From Candidatus Omnitrophota bacterium (GTDB taxonomy: Bacteria; Omnitrophota; Gorgyraeia; Gygaellales; JAQTUX01): 64,000 nt of DNA. Positions 10,098-20,374 of this stretch are shown here, piece by piece; position 1 is the stretch's first letter, and every line of letters begins with the position of its first letter. The stretch lies in assembly GCA_028707125.1 (NCBI GenBank), contig JAQTUX010000001.1, forward strand, positions 822,528 to 886,527. Direction: 5' to 3'. A model generated the notes under the pieces. It saw only the letters and a program-made list of their open reading frames with translations. It made no database searches and was not told the DNA's origin. A program made the position numbers and the translations under genes.

Positions 10098-12996
10098 GCC
10101 CCTCTTAGAAGGCCTCAATGAAGAACAGCAAGAAGCGGTCACGCATACGGAAGGCCCTTTACTTATAATAGCCGGCGCAGGCACAGGCAAGACGCGGGTG
10201 ATCACCCGCCGCATCGCCTGGCTGATCAATTCCGGCCGCGCCACCACCCGTCAGATACTGGCGCTTACCTTCACCGATAAGGCGGCAACGGAAATGGAGG
10301 AGCGCGTTGACGTGCTGGTGCCGTACGGCTATACGGATATCTGGATCTCTACTTTTCACGCCTTCGGCGACAGGATCTTACGGGAAAATGCCATAGAGGC
10401 AGGGCTCAGGCCGGATTTTAAGGTGCTTACGCGCTCAGAAGCGGCCGTGTTCTTCCGCGAGAACCTGTATAAATTCAACCTTTCATATTACCGCCCGCTT
10501 TCAGACCCCGCGCATTTTATGACCGCGATGATAGGCCATTTTTCCCGCGCGAAGGATGAGGATATCTCTTCCGAAGAGTATATAGATTATTCGCTTAAAC
10601 TTACGCAGCGCGCCAAGGAGGATCCGGATGATGGAGCGCTTCAGGAGGAGGCGCTTAAGCAGGCGGAGATCGCTTACGCGTACCGCGCTTACCAGGAACT
10701 TCTCGTCAAGGCAGGCAAGGTTGATTTTGCCAATCAGTTTTCTCTGGCATTGCAGCTTTTGCGGGAGCATCCCGCGGTTTTAAGGCGCTATCAGGAGCAG
10801 TTCAAATATATCCTCGTTGATGAGTTCCAGGACACCAATTTCGCCCAATTTCAATTGCTTAAACTCCTGGGTTCACACGGCAGGAACATCACGGTTGTGG
10901 CCGACGATGACCAGTGCGTATTCAGGTTCAGGGGCGCGGCATACTCAAATATAATAAATTTCAATAATGAGTACCGGGACGCCAAGAAAATAAGCCTCAT
11001 ACGCAATTACCGCTCAACCCAGCCCATACTTGACTGCGCCTACCGGCTGATACAGCACAATAACCCGGAGAGATTTGAGGTCAAGGCGGATATCAATAAA
11101 CGCTTAGTCAGCGAAGAGAAGAACGGCGAGATGCCGCTGCATATGCATTTTGACACGTTTTCCAGCGAGGCAGACGCGGTGGCGCGGCAGATAAAGGAAA
11201 AGGCGGGCAAGGGCGGGTACCGCTATAATGATTTCTGCATACTCGTGCGTTCAAACAGCGACGCGGAGCCGTTCCTTCATTCGCTCAATATGCTTTCCAT
11301 ACCCTGGCGTTTCAGCGGCAACCGCGGCCTGTATTCCCGTGAAGAGGTCCGGTTGTGCGTTTCTTTCCTGCGGCTGATGGCCAATATCAACGATTCAATG
11401 AACCTCTATTTTCTCTCATCCGGAGCCGTATATGGCGTCCCCTTGAAAGACATTTCAGAGTGCATGCATTATTCCAAAAGGAGGAACCGCTCCCTGTTTT
11501 ATGTCTTTGAGCATTTATCCGAGATACCGGAATTGCAGGATATCAGCGCGGAGGCAAAGGAGAGGATAGGCAGGGTTGTTTCCGATATGAGCAGGTTCCT
11601 GGCGGACTCACGCGCGTTGATCACCGGCCGCCTGCTTTATCTTTTCCTTACCGATACCGGTTACATAAAGATGCTGGTAAAGGAAAAGAGCGCGGAGAGC
11701 GAAGAAAAGATACAAAATATCGCCAAGTTCTTTGAGCTGGTGCGCGCTTACGAACTTGTGGCGAGGGAAGACAGGGTGATATATTTCGTGAATTATTTAG
11801 ACCTGCTTATTGAAGCAGGCGATGACCCGGCAACGCAGGAGGCTGATTTAGACAGCGAGGCGGTAAATATCCTCACGATACACAAGGCAAAGGGGCTTGA
11901 GTTTCCGGTCGTGTTCATGGTATGCCTTGTCGCTGGCAGGTTCCCCTGGCCGCGCAGGCGCCAGCCGATCGAGCTGCCCGAGGAGCTATTCAAGGACATA
12001 CTGCCCAGCGGCGATTACCACACGCAGGAAGAAAGGCGGCTTTTCTATGTGGGGATGACCCGCGCCCAAAAGGAGCTCATTTTTACTTCCGCCCTTGACT
12101 ACGGCGGCAGCCGCGCCAGAAGGGTCAGCCCTTTTGTGCTTGAGGCGCTTGAGCTGCCCAAGGAAAGCACTCTTATCAAGCGCCCTTCCCTTGAGATAAT
12201 AAACAGGTATAAGCCGCCGGCGGAAAAGGAGCCGAGGCAAGGCGCGGGCACAATAAAGAACGGCGGGGTTCTATCGTTAAGCTATTATCAGTTGGACGAT
12301 TATCTTACCTGTCCGCTCAAATACAAGTATATCCATATTCTTCGCATACCTATTATGGAGCATCACACTGTTTTATACGGCAAGGCGATGCACGAGGCGG
12401 TGCAGATGTATTATACCTATAAGATGAAGGGCCTGCGCGTGGATGTCGATACTGTCATAGCGCGGTTCCGGGAGTCGTTTCGCGTAGAGGGGTTTCTCGC
12501 GCAGGAGCATCAGGATGACAGGTTGAAAAAGGGCAAGGAGTCGCTTAAGAAGTTTTTTGTGCTTGAGGAAGAGAGAAAACAGATGCCCTCCTATATAGAG
12601 AAAGAGTTTTCCTTTCAATATAAGGATAACCGCCTAAGAGGGCGCTGGGACAGGGTAGATGAGGCGGAAGAGGTCGTAATTATGGATTTCAAATCCTCAG
12701 AGGTTAAGTCGCAGCAGGAGGCGGATAAAAAGGCAAAGGACTCGCTGCAGCTCTCTCTATATGCCCTTGCCTATCAGCAGATCTATGACCGGCAGCCCGA
12801 TTATACGGCGCTTTATTTCCTTGAGACAGGCCTTATAGGCCGCGCGAAGAAGGAAGAGAAGGATTTTGAGAAGATCAGGGAGAATATAGATACCGTGGCA
12901 GGGGGTATCCGTCAGGCGGACTTTGAGGCCAGGCCTACCTATATGGCCTGTTCTTACTGCCCCTATAACTCCATATGCCCCAGCGCGTTTAAATAG
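10075..12996 (+). CDS. UvrD/PcrA-like superfamily 1 helicase fused to C-terminal PD-(D/E)XK (RecB/Cas4-like) nuclease with Cys cluster
   Basis: N-terminal AGAGTGKT Walker A and helicase motifs; C-terminal DFK...QLSLY and CxxC...CSYCPYNSIC cysteine cluster; 23-nt overlap with upstream cpaF-like gene. Confidence 0.8.
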   Translation: MKRSFQSEPLLEGLNEEQQEAVTHTEGPLLIIAGAGTGKTRVITRRIAWLINSGRATTRQILALTFTDKAATEMEERVDVLVPYGYTDIWISTFHAFGDRILRENAIEAGLRPDFKVLTRSEAAVFFRENLYKFNLSYYRPLSDPAHFMTAMIGHFSRAKDEDISSEEYIDYSLKLTQRAKEDPDDGALQEEALKQAEIAYAYRAYQELLVKAGKVDFANQFSLALQLLREHPAVLRRYQEQFKYILVDEFQDTNFAQFQLLKLLGSHGRNITVVADDDQCVFRFRGAAYSNIINFNNEYRDAKKISLIRNYRSTQPILDCAYRLIQHNNPERFEVKADINKRLVSEEKNGEMPLHMHFDTFSSEADAVARQIKEKAGKGGYRYNDFCILVRSNSDAEPFLHSLNMLSIPWRFSGNRGLYSREEVRLCVSFLRLMANINDSMNLYFLSSGAVYGVPLKDISECMHYSKRRNRSLFYVFEHLSEIPELQDISAEAKERIGRVVSDMSRFLADSRALITGRLLYLFLTDTGYIKMLVKEKSAESEEKIQNIAKFFELVRAYELVAREDRVIYFVNYLDLLIEAGDDPATQEADLDSEAVNILTIHKAKGLEFPVVFMVCLVAGRFPWPRRRQPIELPEELFKDILPSGDYHTQEERRLFYVGMTRAQKELIFTSALDYGGSRARRVSPFVLEALELPKESTLIKRPSLEIINRYKPPAEKEPRQGAGTIKNGGVLSLSYYQLDDYLTCPLKYKYIHILRIPIMEHHTVLYGKAMHEAVQMYYTYKMKGLRVDVDTVIARFRESFRVEGFLAQEHQDDRLKKGKESLKKFFVLEEERKQMPSYIEKEFSFQYKDNRLRGRWDRVDEAEEVVIMDFKSSEVKSQQEADKKAKDSLQLSLYALAYQQIYDRQPDYTALYFLETGLIGRAKKEEKDFEKIRENIDTVAGGIRQADFEARPTYMACSYCPYNSICPSAFK

Positions 12997-13007
12997 GGAT
13001 AAATGGC

Positions 13008-13036
13008 TTGACTATATTCATTAAGTGCGTTATACT
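13008..13036 (+). promoter_or_regulatory. Sigma70-like promoter for rpsO (TTGACT-17-TATACT)
   Basis: Hexamers read directly from sequence, 17-nt spacer, ~26 nt upstream of rpsO start. Confidence 0.5.
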
Positions 13037-13061
13037 ATGGCTTCTTTACTAATAGAGGGAG

Positions 13062-13340
13062 GTGGACAGATTGGTTTTGGCAAAGGAAGATAAGAGTAAG
13101 TTAGCAGGGCCATTCAAGGAACATCAGAAAGATACCGGCTCCGCGAGCGTGCAGATAGCCCTGATCACAGAGCGTATTAACCAGCTTAGCGAGCATTTTA
13201 AGGTCCATAAGAAGGATTTCGGCTCTCGCAGGGGCCTTCTTTCCTTAGTGAGCAAGCGCAAGAAGCTTCTCAAGTACCTTAAAATTAATGACGCGAAGAA
13301 GTATAAGGAAATATTAGATAAATTGGGTTTGAGAGGATAA
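13062..13340 (+). CDS. rpsO: 30S ribosomal protein S15
   Basis: DTGSxxVQIALxTERINxLxxHFKxHKKDxxSRRGLL hallmark; GTG start. Confidence 0.9.
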   Translation: MDRLVLAKEDKSKLAGPFKEHQKDTGSASVQIALITERINQLSEHFKVHKKDFGSRRGLLSLVSKRKKLLKYLKINDAKKYKEILDKLGLRG

Positions 13341-13367
13341 GCGTTTAAGTATATTTTTAGGAGGGGT

Positions 13368-15455
13368 ATGTCTTTAGAAAGCATGAAAATTGAGTTCGGC
13401 GGCAAGGAATTGATCTTAGAAACAGGCCATTTGGCCAGGCAGGCAGGCGGTTCGGTGACTGTCAGGTGCGGCGGGACGGTTGTGCTGGTTACTGCCTGTA
13501 TGTCCAGGGAAATAAAGGAGGACCGGGACTTTTTTCCTCTTACCGTTGAATATCAGGAAAAGACATATGCCGCCGGCAGGATCCCCGGGGGTTTCTTCAA
13601 GCGTGAAGGCAGGCCGTCAGAGAGCGAGATACTTTGCGCGCGGCTGATCGACAGGCCAATACGCCCGCTTTTTCCCGACGGGATGCGTAATGAAGTGCAG
13701 ATAATGGCTATAGTGCTTTCCAGCGACGGCGAAAACGACCCTGATGTGCTGGCGGTAGTAGGCGCCTCCTGCGCCCTTATGATCTCCGATATACCTTTTC
13801 CGGGCCCGGTCGGCGCTTCGCGCGTTGCCAGAGTGAATGGAGAGTTGGTGATCAATCCCACGTACGCGCAGATAGAAAAGAGCGATTTCGAAATGGTAGT
13901 GGCCGGCACGAAAGACGGCGTGATCATGCTTGAGTGCCGCGCGAAGGAGATACCCGAAGAGGATATTATTCAGGCGATCGAATTCGGCTATAAAAATACG
14001 CAGGTTTTAATGAAGCTTCAGGAGGAATTCAGCAGGAAATACGGAAGCAAGAAGCAGGAAGTGGTGTTAAAGGCGATAGACGAATCACTCGTAGAGAAGG
14101 TCCGCGGGCTCGCTGTCAGACCGTTGGAAGATATATTTAAGATAAGCGATAAGGAGGGGCGGGAAGACGCGGTTTCCGCCTTATCTAAACAGATCGAAGA
14201 GCAGCTTTTAAGCGATGAGATCTCTGCCAAGGACATAAGAGAGGCGCTTACTCGCGTGGAAAAGGCCCAGGTAAGGGATGCCATACTGGTTAAGTCCGTT
14301 CGCGCGGATTCAAGAGGGCTTAAAGAAGTAAGGCCTATAGATTGTAAGGTAGGTCTGCTTCCGCGCACGCATGGCTCGGGGCTTTTTACAAGGGGGCAGA
14401 CCCAGAGCCTGTCTGTCACCACATTGGGGACAGGGGAAGACGAACAGCTGATAGAGGCGTTAGAGGGGGAGAGCTACAAGAGTTTTATGCTGCATTACAG
14501 TTTTCCGCCTTTCAGCGTAGGCGAGACAAAGCCGGTGCGCGGCCCGGGCAGGAGAGAGATAGGCCATGGCGCGCTGGCGGAAAAGGCCCTGTCGGTAATG
14601 ATGCCTTCAAAAGAGGCGTTTCCCTATACTGTGCGCGTGGTCTCTGAAATATTGGAATCAAACGGTTCATCCAGCATGGCCACGGTATGCGCGGCAACCC
14701 TGTCGCTTATGGACGCGGGGGTCCCTCTGAAGGACGCCGTTGCCGGAGTTGCCATGGGCCTTATCAAAGAAAAACAAAAGGCCATCATCCTGACCGATAT
14801 AACCGGGCTTGAAGATCATTTCGGCGATATGGATTTTAAGGTTGCCGGCACTACAAAGGGCGTCACCGCTTTGCAGCTTGACCTGAAGATCGAAGGCATA
14901 TCGTCGGATATTTTGAGGCAGGCGGTAGCTCAGGCGGAAGAGGCGCGTTTATTTATCCTGGAAAAGATGAAGCAGGCAATTGCCGCGCCAAGGCAGGAGC
15001 TTTCCGCGTACGCCCCGCGCATAACCATGCTTAAGGTAAATCCCGAGAAGATAGGGGAACTTATCGGCCCCGGCGGAAAGAACGTAAAGAAGATCATCAG
15101 CCAGACAGGCGTTACCATAGATATACAGGACGACGGCACTGTGATGGTGGGTTCCACGGACCCCAAGAGGTCACAGGAGGCCATTGATATAATAAACAGC
15201 ATCACCGAAGAAGCCAAGGTCGGCAAGATCTATAACGCCAAGGTCAAGCGCATAATGAATTTCGGCGCCTTCTGCGAGATCGCTCCCGGAAAAGAAGGCC
15301 TGGTCCATGTTTCCGAGCTGGCCGATACCTTCGTCAAGAATGTAGAGGACGTGGTAAAGGTGGGGGATGAGATAAAGGTCAAGGTTGTGAACATAGACGA
15401 ATTGGGCAGGATAAACCTGAGCAAGAAACAGGCCGACGCTGAAGCCAAGAAATAA
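13368..15455 (+). CDS. pnp: Polynucleotide phosphorylase
   Basis: Two RNase PH domains, KH and S1 domains, 695 aa; conserved rpsO-pnp synteny. Confidence 0.95.
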   Translation: MSLESMKIEFGGKELILETGHLARQAGGSVTVRCGGTVVLVTACMSREIKEDRDFFPLTVEYQEKTYAAGRIPGGFFKREGRPSESEILCARLIDRPIRPLFPDGMRNEVQIMAIVLSSDGENDPDVLAVVGASCALMISDIPFPGPVGASRVARVNGELVINPTYAQIEKSDFEMVVAGTKDGVIMLECRAKEIPEEDIIQAIEFGYKNTQVLMKLQEEFSRKYGSKKQEVVLKAIDESLVEKVRGLAVRPLEDIFKISDKEGREDAVSALSKQIEEQLLSDEISAKDIREALTRVEKAQVRDAILVKSVRADSRGLKEVRPIDCKVGLLPRTHGSGLFTRGQTQSLSVTTLGTGEDEQLIEALEGESYKSFMLHYSFPPFSVGETKPVRGPGRREIGHGALAEKALSVMMPSKEAFPYTVRVVSEILESNGSSSMATVCAATLSLMDAGVPLKDAVAGVAMGLIKEKQKAIILTDITGLEDHFGDMDFKVAGTTKGVTALQLDLKIEGISSDILRQAVAQAEEARLFILEKMKQAIAAPRQELSAYAPRITMLKVNPEKIGELIGPGGKNVKKIISQTGVTIDIQDDGTVMVGSTDPKRSQEAIDIINSITEEAKVGKIYNAKVKRIMNFGAFCEIAPGKEGLVHVSELADTFVKNVEDVVKVGDEIKVKVVNIDELGRINLSKKQADAEAKK

Positions 15456-15475
15456 ACAGATGCACCCCCTTTACG

Positions 15476-17680
15476 ATGAAGGACAGGCATACGAGAGAGA
15501 TCAAGACAATACTTCTGCTTGCCTCAGGTATAATACTGCTGGCCAGCGTAATTTCTTATAATCCTTCAGACCTCGCTTTTTTCACCTCATCGCCGAATAT
15601 GCCCGCAAAGAATTTTGTGCGCGTATTCGGCGCTTATCTTTCAGCCGCGCTTTTTTTCCTTATAGGATGGGCCGCGTATGTCCTGCCCTTTCTCGTATTT
15701 TACTGGGCAGCCAGGGTGTTCAAGGGCAAAGCGCCGAATTTACGGGCGGTTAAGGTCCTGGGCGCGGCAGTGCTGTTTATGTCCTTGAGTTCTTTGCTGG
15801 CGATGTGCGGCATAAGGGAGGGCAATGCTATTTTTGCCAGGGGGGGCCTGTTAGGTTTTGCCTCTTCGGCGTTTATGGTGAGATACTTCGGGAATTTCGG
15901 CGCGGCCACCGTTTTTCTCGCCCTCGGCACGCTTTCCTTTATACTGGCTACCGACTATCTTGCTTCTCATATATTGTCCGGGTTCAGCACGCTTTACGCC
16001 TCTTTGCTTTCCATCTTGAATTATGGTAATAGAGTGATCAGGGTCTCTCCGCGGTTTAAGAAGATCAACGCCAGCAGGCCGCCCGAAGAGGCAAGGGCAG
16101 AGGAAGCGGCAAAGCCGCGTCCGGCCGCCGCCAGGGAGGAATTGCCGTTAAAGCCGAGGATAGAGATCAAGGTGAAAGAGCAGAAACAGCCGGCGAAAAT
16201 AAAGATCCCCGAAATGAAGATCGGCGACTATAAGCTTCCTTCTCTGGCGCTGTTGGATTCTCCTCCGCCAATAGGCGAGCGTCAGTTAAGAGGCGATCTT
16301 ACTTCTAACGCGAGGATACTGGAGGAGACCCTGTCTGACTTCGGCATATCCGTGAAGGTCACCGATATAGAAAGGGGCCCTGTCATTACCCGCTATGAAT
16401 TGGAGCCCGCGCCCGGCGTCAAGGTGCAGAAGATCACAAGCTTGGGAGATGACATAGCGCTTGCCCTGAAAGCCCAGTCGGTGAGGATAGTGGCGCCCAT
16501 ACCCGGTAAGGCGAGAGTGGGCATTGAGGTGCCCAACGCGCAGAGCAGCTTAGTATACTTACAGGAAGTTCTTTCTTCTAAAGAATACCTTGCTTCTGAT
16601 TCCAAGCTTACCCTTGTTTTAGGAAAAGATATAGCGGGGAAATCCGTGATAGCAGACCTCGGGGAGATGCCGCATCTTCTTATCGCCGGGACTACCGGCT
16701 CGGGAAAGACGGTTTGCGTCAATAGCTTGATCATGTCCATCCTGTTCAAGTCCACCCCGCGCGAGGTAAAACTGTTGATGGTTGACCCAAAAATGGTTGA
16801 GCTCGCCCCTTATAACGGGCTGCCGCATTTGCTCTGTCCGGTGGTTACAAACGCGAAAAAGGCGTCCAACGCCCTGAACTGGGTCGTGGCGGAGATGGAG
16901 GAGCGCTATAAACTGCTGGCAGGTTTAGGCGTAAGGAATATAGCTTCTTATAATGAAAAGTCCGAGTCGCTTATGCCTTATATAGTGGTAATAATAGATG
17001 AACTGGCCGACCTTATGGTGGTCGCCCAGGAACAGATCGAAGACGCGATAACGCGCCTGGCGCAGCTTTCCCGCGCCGTAGGCATTCATCTTTTGCTGGC
17101 GACGCAGAGGCCGTCCGTTGACGTCATAACCGGCGTCATAAAGGCGAATTTTCCCGCGAGGATCTCTTTTCAGGTCGCCTCCAAGGTCGATTCAAGGACG
17201 GTGCTTGACGCTAACGGAGCGGATAAGCTTTTGGGCAGGGGGGATATGCTTTTCCTGTCGCCCGGAGAGTCAAAATTGATCAGGGCGCAGGGCAGCCTTA
17301 TAAAGGATAAAGAGATAGAGCGCGTAGTTGATTTCATAAAATCACAGAGCCAGCCCGTATATGAAGAGGCGATCCTGAAGGAACAGGAGAGGTCTTCCGT
17401 ATCGGGAGGCATTAAAGACGAGCTTTACGATGAGGCGGTGCGGCTGATAATGCAAAGCGGCCACGCCTCGGTTTCCATACTGCAGAGAAGAATGCGGTTG
17501 GGTTATACCCGTGCCGCCCGCCTTATAGATATGATGGAGGAGAGCGGATTGCTCGGGCCTTATCAGGGCTCCAAGCCAAGGGAAATCCTGATCAACAGGG
17601 AGGAGTGGCTTAGAGAGAACCTCAATAAAGAAGGCGCCTCAAAGGATGAAGACCAGATAGGCGCCGCGGAGGAAAACTGA
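15476..17680 (+). CDS. ftsK: DNA translocase FtsK
   Basis: N-terminal TM segments, linker, FtsK motor with Walker A GTTGSGKT, C-terminal gamma winged-helix. Confidence 0.9.
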   Translation: MKDRHTREIKTILLLASGIILLASVISYNPSDLAFFTSSPNMPAKNFVRVFGAYLSAALFFLIGWAAYVLPFLVFYWAARVFKGKAPNLRAVKVLGAAVLFMSLSSLLAMCGIREGNAIFARGGLLGFASSAFMVRYFGNFGAATVFLALGTLSFILATDYLASHILSGFSTLYASLLSILNYGNRVIRVSPRFKKINASRPPEEARAEEAAKPRPAAAREELPLKPRIEIKVKEQKQPAKIKIPEMKIGDYKLPSLALLDSPPPIGERQLRGDLTSNARILEETLSDFGISVKVTDIERGPVITRYELEPAPGVKVQKITSLGDDIALALKAQSVRIVAPIPGKARVGIEVPNAQSSLVYLQEVLSSKEYLASDSKLTLVLGKDIAGKSVIADLGEMPHLLIAGTTGSGKTVCVNSLIMSILFKSTPREVKLLMVDPKMVELAPYNGLPHLLCPVVTNAKKASNALNWVVAEMEERYKLLAGLGVRNIASYNEKSESLMPYIVVIIDELADLMVVAQEQIEDAITRLAQLSRAVGIHLLLATQRPSVDVITGVIKANFPARISFQVASKVDSRTVLDANGADKLLGRGDMLFLSPGESKLIRAQGSLIKDKEIERVVDFIKSQSQPVYEEAILKEQERSSVSGGIKDELYDEAVRLIMQSGHASVSILQRRMRLGYTRAARLIDMMEESGLLGPYQGSKPREILINREEWLRENLNKEGASKDEDQIGAAEEN

Positions 17681-17683
17681 TAT

Positions 17684-18406
17684 ATGGATACCATCGGCAT
17701 TGTCTTAAGACAGAAGAGGGAGGAACTCGGTTTAAGCCTGAGCGACGCGGCGAAGAAGACCAAGATCCATATAAATATCCTGAAGGCGCTGGAAGAGGAC
17801 AGGTTTGAAGGCATAAGCCCCGTATACGTCAAAGGATTCTTAAAGATCTATTCCCGCCTGCTTGGCCTGAATGAGAGAGAGGTAATAGACAAATATTCTT
17901 CTCTTCAGGTGGAACAGGAGACATTTGATTTTGAAAAACAAAAAGAACCCAAAAAAGAAGATACGGCCTTAAGCAAGATCGATTACCGCCTTGCCGCTAA
18001 GGCCGCTGCCGGTGTCGTTGTTTTGTTATTGCTGTTTTTTATGGTTTCTAAAGCCGCCAGGTTTATCGGCTCTCACCGCGCCAGGAAGCCTGTCAGGGTA
18101 AGAACTGCCTCTCCAAGAGCCGGTCTCATCCCCATAAATAAAACCAATATATTAAAATTAAGCGTGCTCGTAAAGGAGGACAGCTGGGTCAAGGTGAAGG
18201 CGGACGGCAGGACGGTCTTTCAGAATGTGCTTAAACGCGGGAAGACCGAGGTCTGGCAGGCAAAAGATAAAATAGAGCTCTCCCTGGGCAATGCCGGCGC
18301 GACAGAACTTGAGGTAAACGGCAAGATCATTTCCGGCCTGGGCAGGCGCGGACAGGTGATCAAGTCGATCCTGATCACAAAAGAGGGGCTGGAAATAAAA
18401 GGTTAA
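17684..18406 (+). CDS. RodZ-like HTH/transmembrane cytoskeleton protein
   Basis: N-terminal XRE-type HTH, single TM, C-terminal DUF4115-like beta domain. Confidence 0.6.
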   Translation: MDTIGIVLRQKREELGLSLSDAAKKTKIHINILKALEEDRFEGISPVYVKGFLKIYSRLLGLNEREVIDKYSSLQVEQETFDFEKQKEPKKEDTALSKIDYRLAAKAAAGVVVLLLLFFMVSKAARFIGSHRARKPVRVRTASPRAGLIPINKTNILKLSVLVKEDSWVKVKADGRTVFQNVLKRGKTEVWQAKDKIELSLGNAGATELEVNGKIISGLGRRGQVIKSILITKEGLEIKG

Positions 18407-18410
18407 TTTA

Positions 18411-18534
18411 TAATGACCAATGTCCAAGCTCCAATGACGAATGAAATCACAATGACCCAAATCCCAAATAGAAAATACAAATTGGGTATTGGGATTTGGA
18501 CATTCATTCGTCATTGGGATTTGGTAATTGTGAC
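18411..18534. repeat. Heptamer-periodic imperfect palindromic intergenic element A (CCCAAAT / ATTGGGA units plus CCAATGACGAATGAA inverted 15-mer)
   Basis: Long imperfect inverted repeat read directly; fills the whole rodZ-like/rimO spacer. Confidence 0.6.
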
Positions 18535-18538
18535 TTAA

Positions 18539-19810
18539 ATGAAGAGCGAAATGAAAGTCGGTATATTAAGCTTAGGCTGCCCGCGCAACCTGGTGGATTC
18601 CGAAACCATGCTGGGGCGGCTTAAGTCCAAAAACCGCAGGATCGTAGATATAAAAGATGCCGACGTGGCGATCGTGAACACCTGCGCGTTCATTGAGGAT
18701 GCTAAAAGAGAATCGATAGACGCCATCCTGAATTTGATAGGCCTGAAGAGGGAAGGCGCGATCAGGAAGATCATTGTCGCCGGCTGCCTGGCACAGCGTT
18801 ACCCCGAAGAGCTTAGAAAAAACTTCAAAGAGGTAGACGCGTTTGTCGGTACATTAAATATCAATCATAACGAGATCAACCGTTATCTGCTCACCCCGCG
18901 CCACTCTGTTTATCTCAAGATATCCGAAGGATGCGCTAATAAATGCAGTTACTGCGTGATACCCGCCATAAAAGGGCCTTTTGTCAGCAGGGGTATGGCG
19001 TCTATAATCAATGAAGTGCGGCGCCTGGACAGGCTCGGCGTAAAGGAGCTCAATATAGTCGGCCAGGACATAACGCTCTACGGCAGGGATATCTTCGGCA
19101 GGCCGTCTTTGGCCGGATTGTTAAAGAAGATCGTTGCCGCGGCCGACAATATCAAGTGGATACGCCTGCTTTATATGAATCCGGAGCGGCTTGACGATGA
19201 GCTGATAGAGGTTATAGGCGGCGAGCCGAAGATCTGTAAATATATTGATATGCCCCTTCAGCATATCAATGACAGGATATTGAAATTGATGAACAGGAAC
19301 ACGAGCAGGAAGCGGATAACGTCTTTGATCAGGAAGATAAGAAAGGCCGTGCCGGGCGCCGCCTTGAGGACTTCGCTGATAGCCGGTTTTCCCTCCGAGA
19401 CAAAAAAGGAATTTGAGGAACTGGTTGATTTTATCGGAGAGGTTAAATTTGAGCGCCTGGGAGCGTTTATCTATTCCCGGGAGGAAGGCACGGCAGCGTA
19501 TCATCTTAAGGGCCAGGTCCCTCAGAAAACGAAAGAGGAGCGGTTTGACAGGATCATGGCCGCGCAGCAGGAGATAGCCAAAGGAGTAAACTCCGGGTTC
19601 ATAAACAAGGAGATAGACGCGTTGATCGAAGAGAAAGACGCGAAGGATGCCGGCCTGTACCTGGCGCGGTCTCAGTATGACGCGCCTGAAGTGGACGGGA
19701 TCGTGTATGTGCGTTCTCAAAAAAAGCTTAAGCCCGGAGATCTGGTAAGGGCCAGGATAGAAGATACGCTTGAATACGATTTAGTGGCGCGATATGAACC
19801 TTCCCAATAA
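18539..19810 (+). CDS. rimO: Ribosomal protein S12 methylthiotransferase RimO (MiaB-family radical SAM)
   Basis: N-terminal MTTase domain LGCPRN, radical SAM CANKCSYC, C-terminal TRAM. Confidence 0.8.
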   Translation: MKSEMKVGILSLGCPRNLVDSETMLGRLKSKNRRIVDIKDADVAIVNTCAFIEDAKRESIDAILNLIGLKREGAIRKIIVAGCLAQRYPEELRKNFKEVDAFVGTLNINHNEINRYLLTPRHSVYLKISEGCANKCSYCVIPAIKGPFVSRGMASIINEVRRLDRLGVKELNIVGQDITLYGRDIFGRPSLAGLLKKIVAAADNIKWIRLLYMNPERLDDELIEVIGGEPKICKYIDMPLQHINDRILKLMNRNTSRKRITSLIRKIRKAVPGAALRTSLIAGFPSETKKEFEELVDFIGEVKFERLGAFIYSREEGTAAYHLKGQVPQKTKEERFDRIMAAQQEIAKGVNSGFINKEIDALIEEKDAKDAGLYLARSQYDAPEVDGIVYVRSQKKLKPGDLVRARIEDTLEYDLVARYEPSQ

Positions 19811-20372
19811 ACTTACTATTTCCAGAATTTTCCTCACCTTTATATTCCTCTATCTTTTATTCCGCCAAAGCATCGGCGGCAAAGCCGCCGCCCTTGTAAT
19901 ATTCGTATTCGCGGCAGCGTCCGATCTGTTTGACGGATGGATCGCCAAAAAGCGCAATATGGTCACCGATTTCGGCAAGATAATGGACCCCATAGCGGAT
20001 AAGATACTGGTGCTTGGGGCGTTCATTGCCTTCGTGAAGCTCGATCTGATAGATGTGTGGATGGTCGTGGTGATCATAGTAAGGGAGTTGATAATCACTC
20101 ATCTTCGGCTTTATGCCCTGACGCAGAAAAAAGTAATGGCCGCGGAAAGGGCGGGTAAGCATAAGACGGTATCGCAAATGGTAGCCATATTCACGATCCT
20201 TTGCTACCTTTTATTCAAGGAAATACTGGTAGGTTTTGGTATATGGGGCGCCGGCTGGGAGCGTTCCTTCAGCGTAGGCATATACCTGCTTATGCTGGTC
20301 ACGGTGGTGCTTACTCTTATTTCCGGCCTGTCTTATTTCTGGCGCAATAGAAAACTTATAGTATCAAAATAA
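19794..20372 (+). CDS. pgsA: CDP-diacylglycerol--glycerol-3-phosphate 3-phosphatidyltransferase
   Basis: CDP-alcohol phosphatidyltransferase motif DLFDGWIAKK...GKIMDPIADK. Confidence 0.85.
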   Translation: MNLPNKLTISRIFLTFIFLYLLFRQSIGGKAAALVIFVFAAASDLFDGWIAKKRNMVTDFGKIMDPIADKILVLGAFIAFVKLDLIDVWMVVVIIVRELIITHLRLYALTQKKVMAAERAGKHKTVSQMVAIFTILCYLLFKEILVGFGIWGAGWERSFSVGIYLLMLVTVVLTLISGLSYFWRNRKLIVSK

Positions 20373-20374
20373 AA

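Noticed and set aside
18411-18534. Possible CRISPR array or tRNA in the palindromic spacers (also 44105-44249)
   Set aside because: Repeats are degenerate heptamers arranged as inverted arms, not regularly spaced identical direct repeats with unique spacers; no cloverleaf can be drawn
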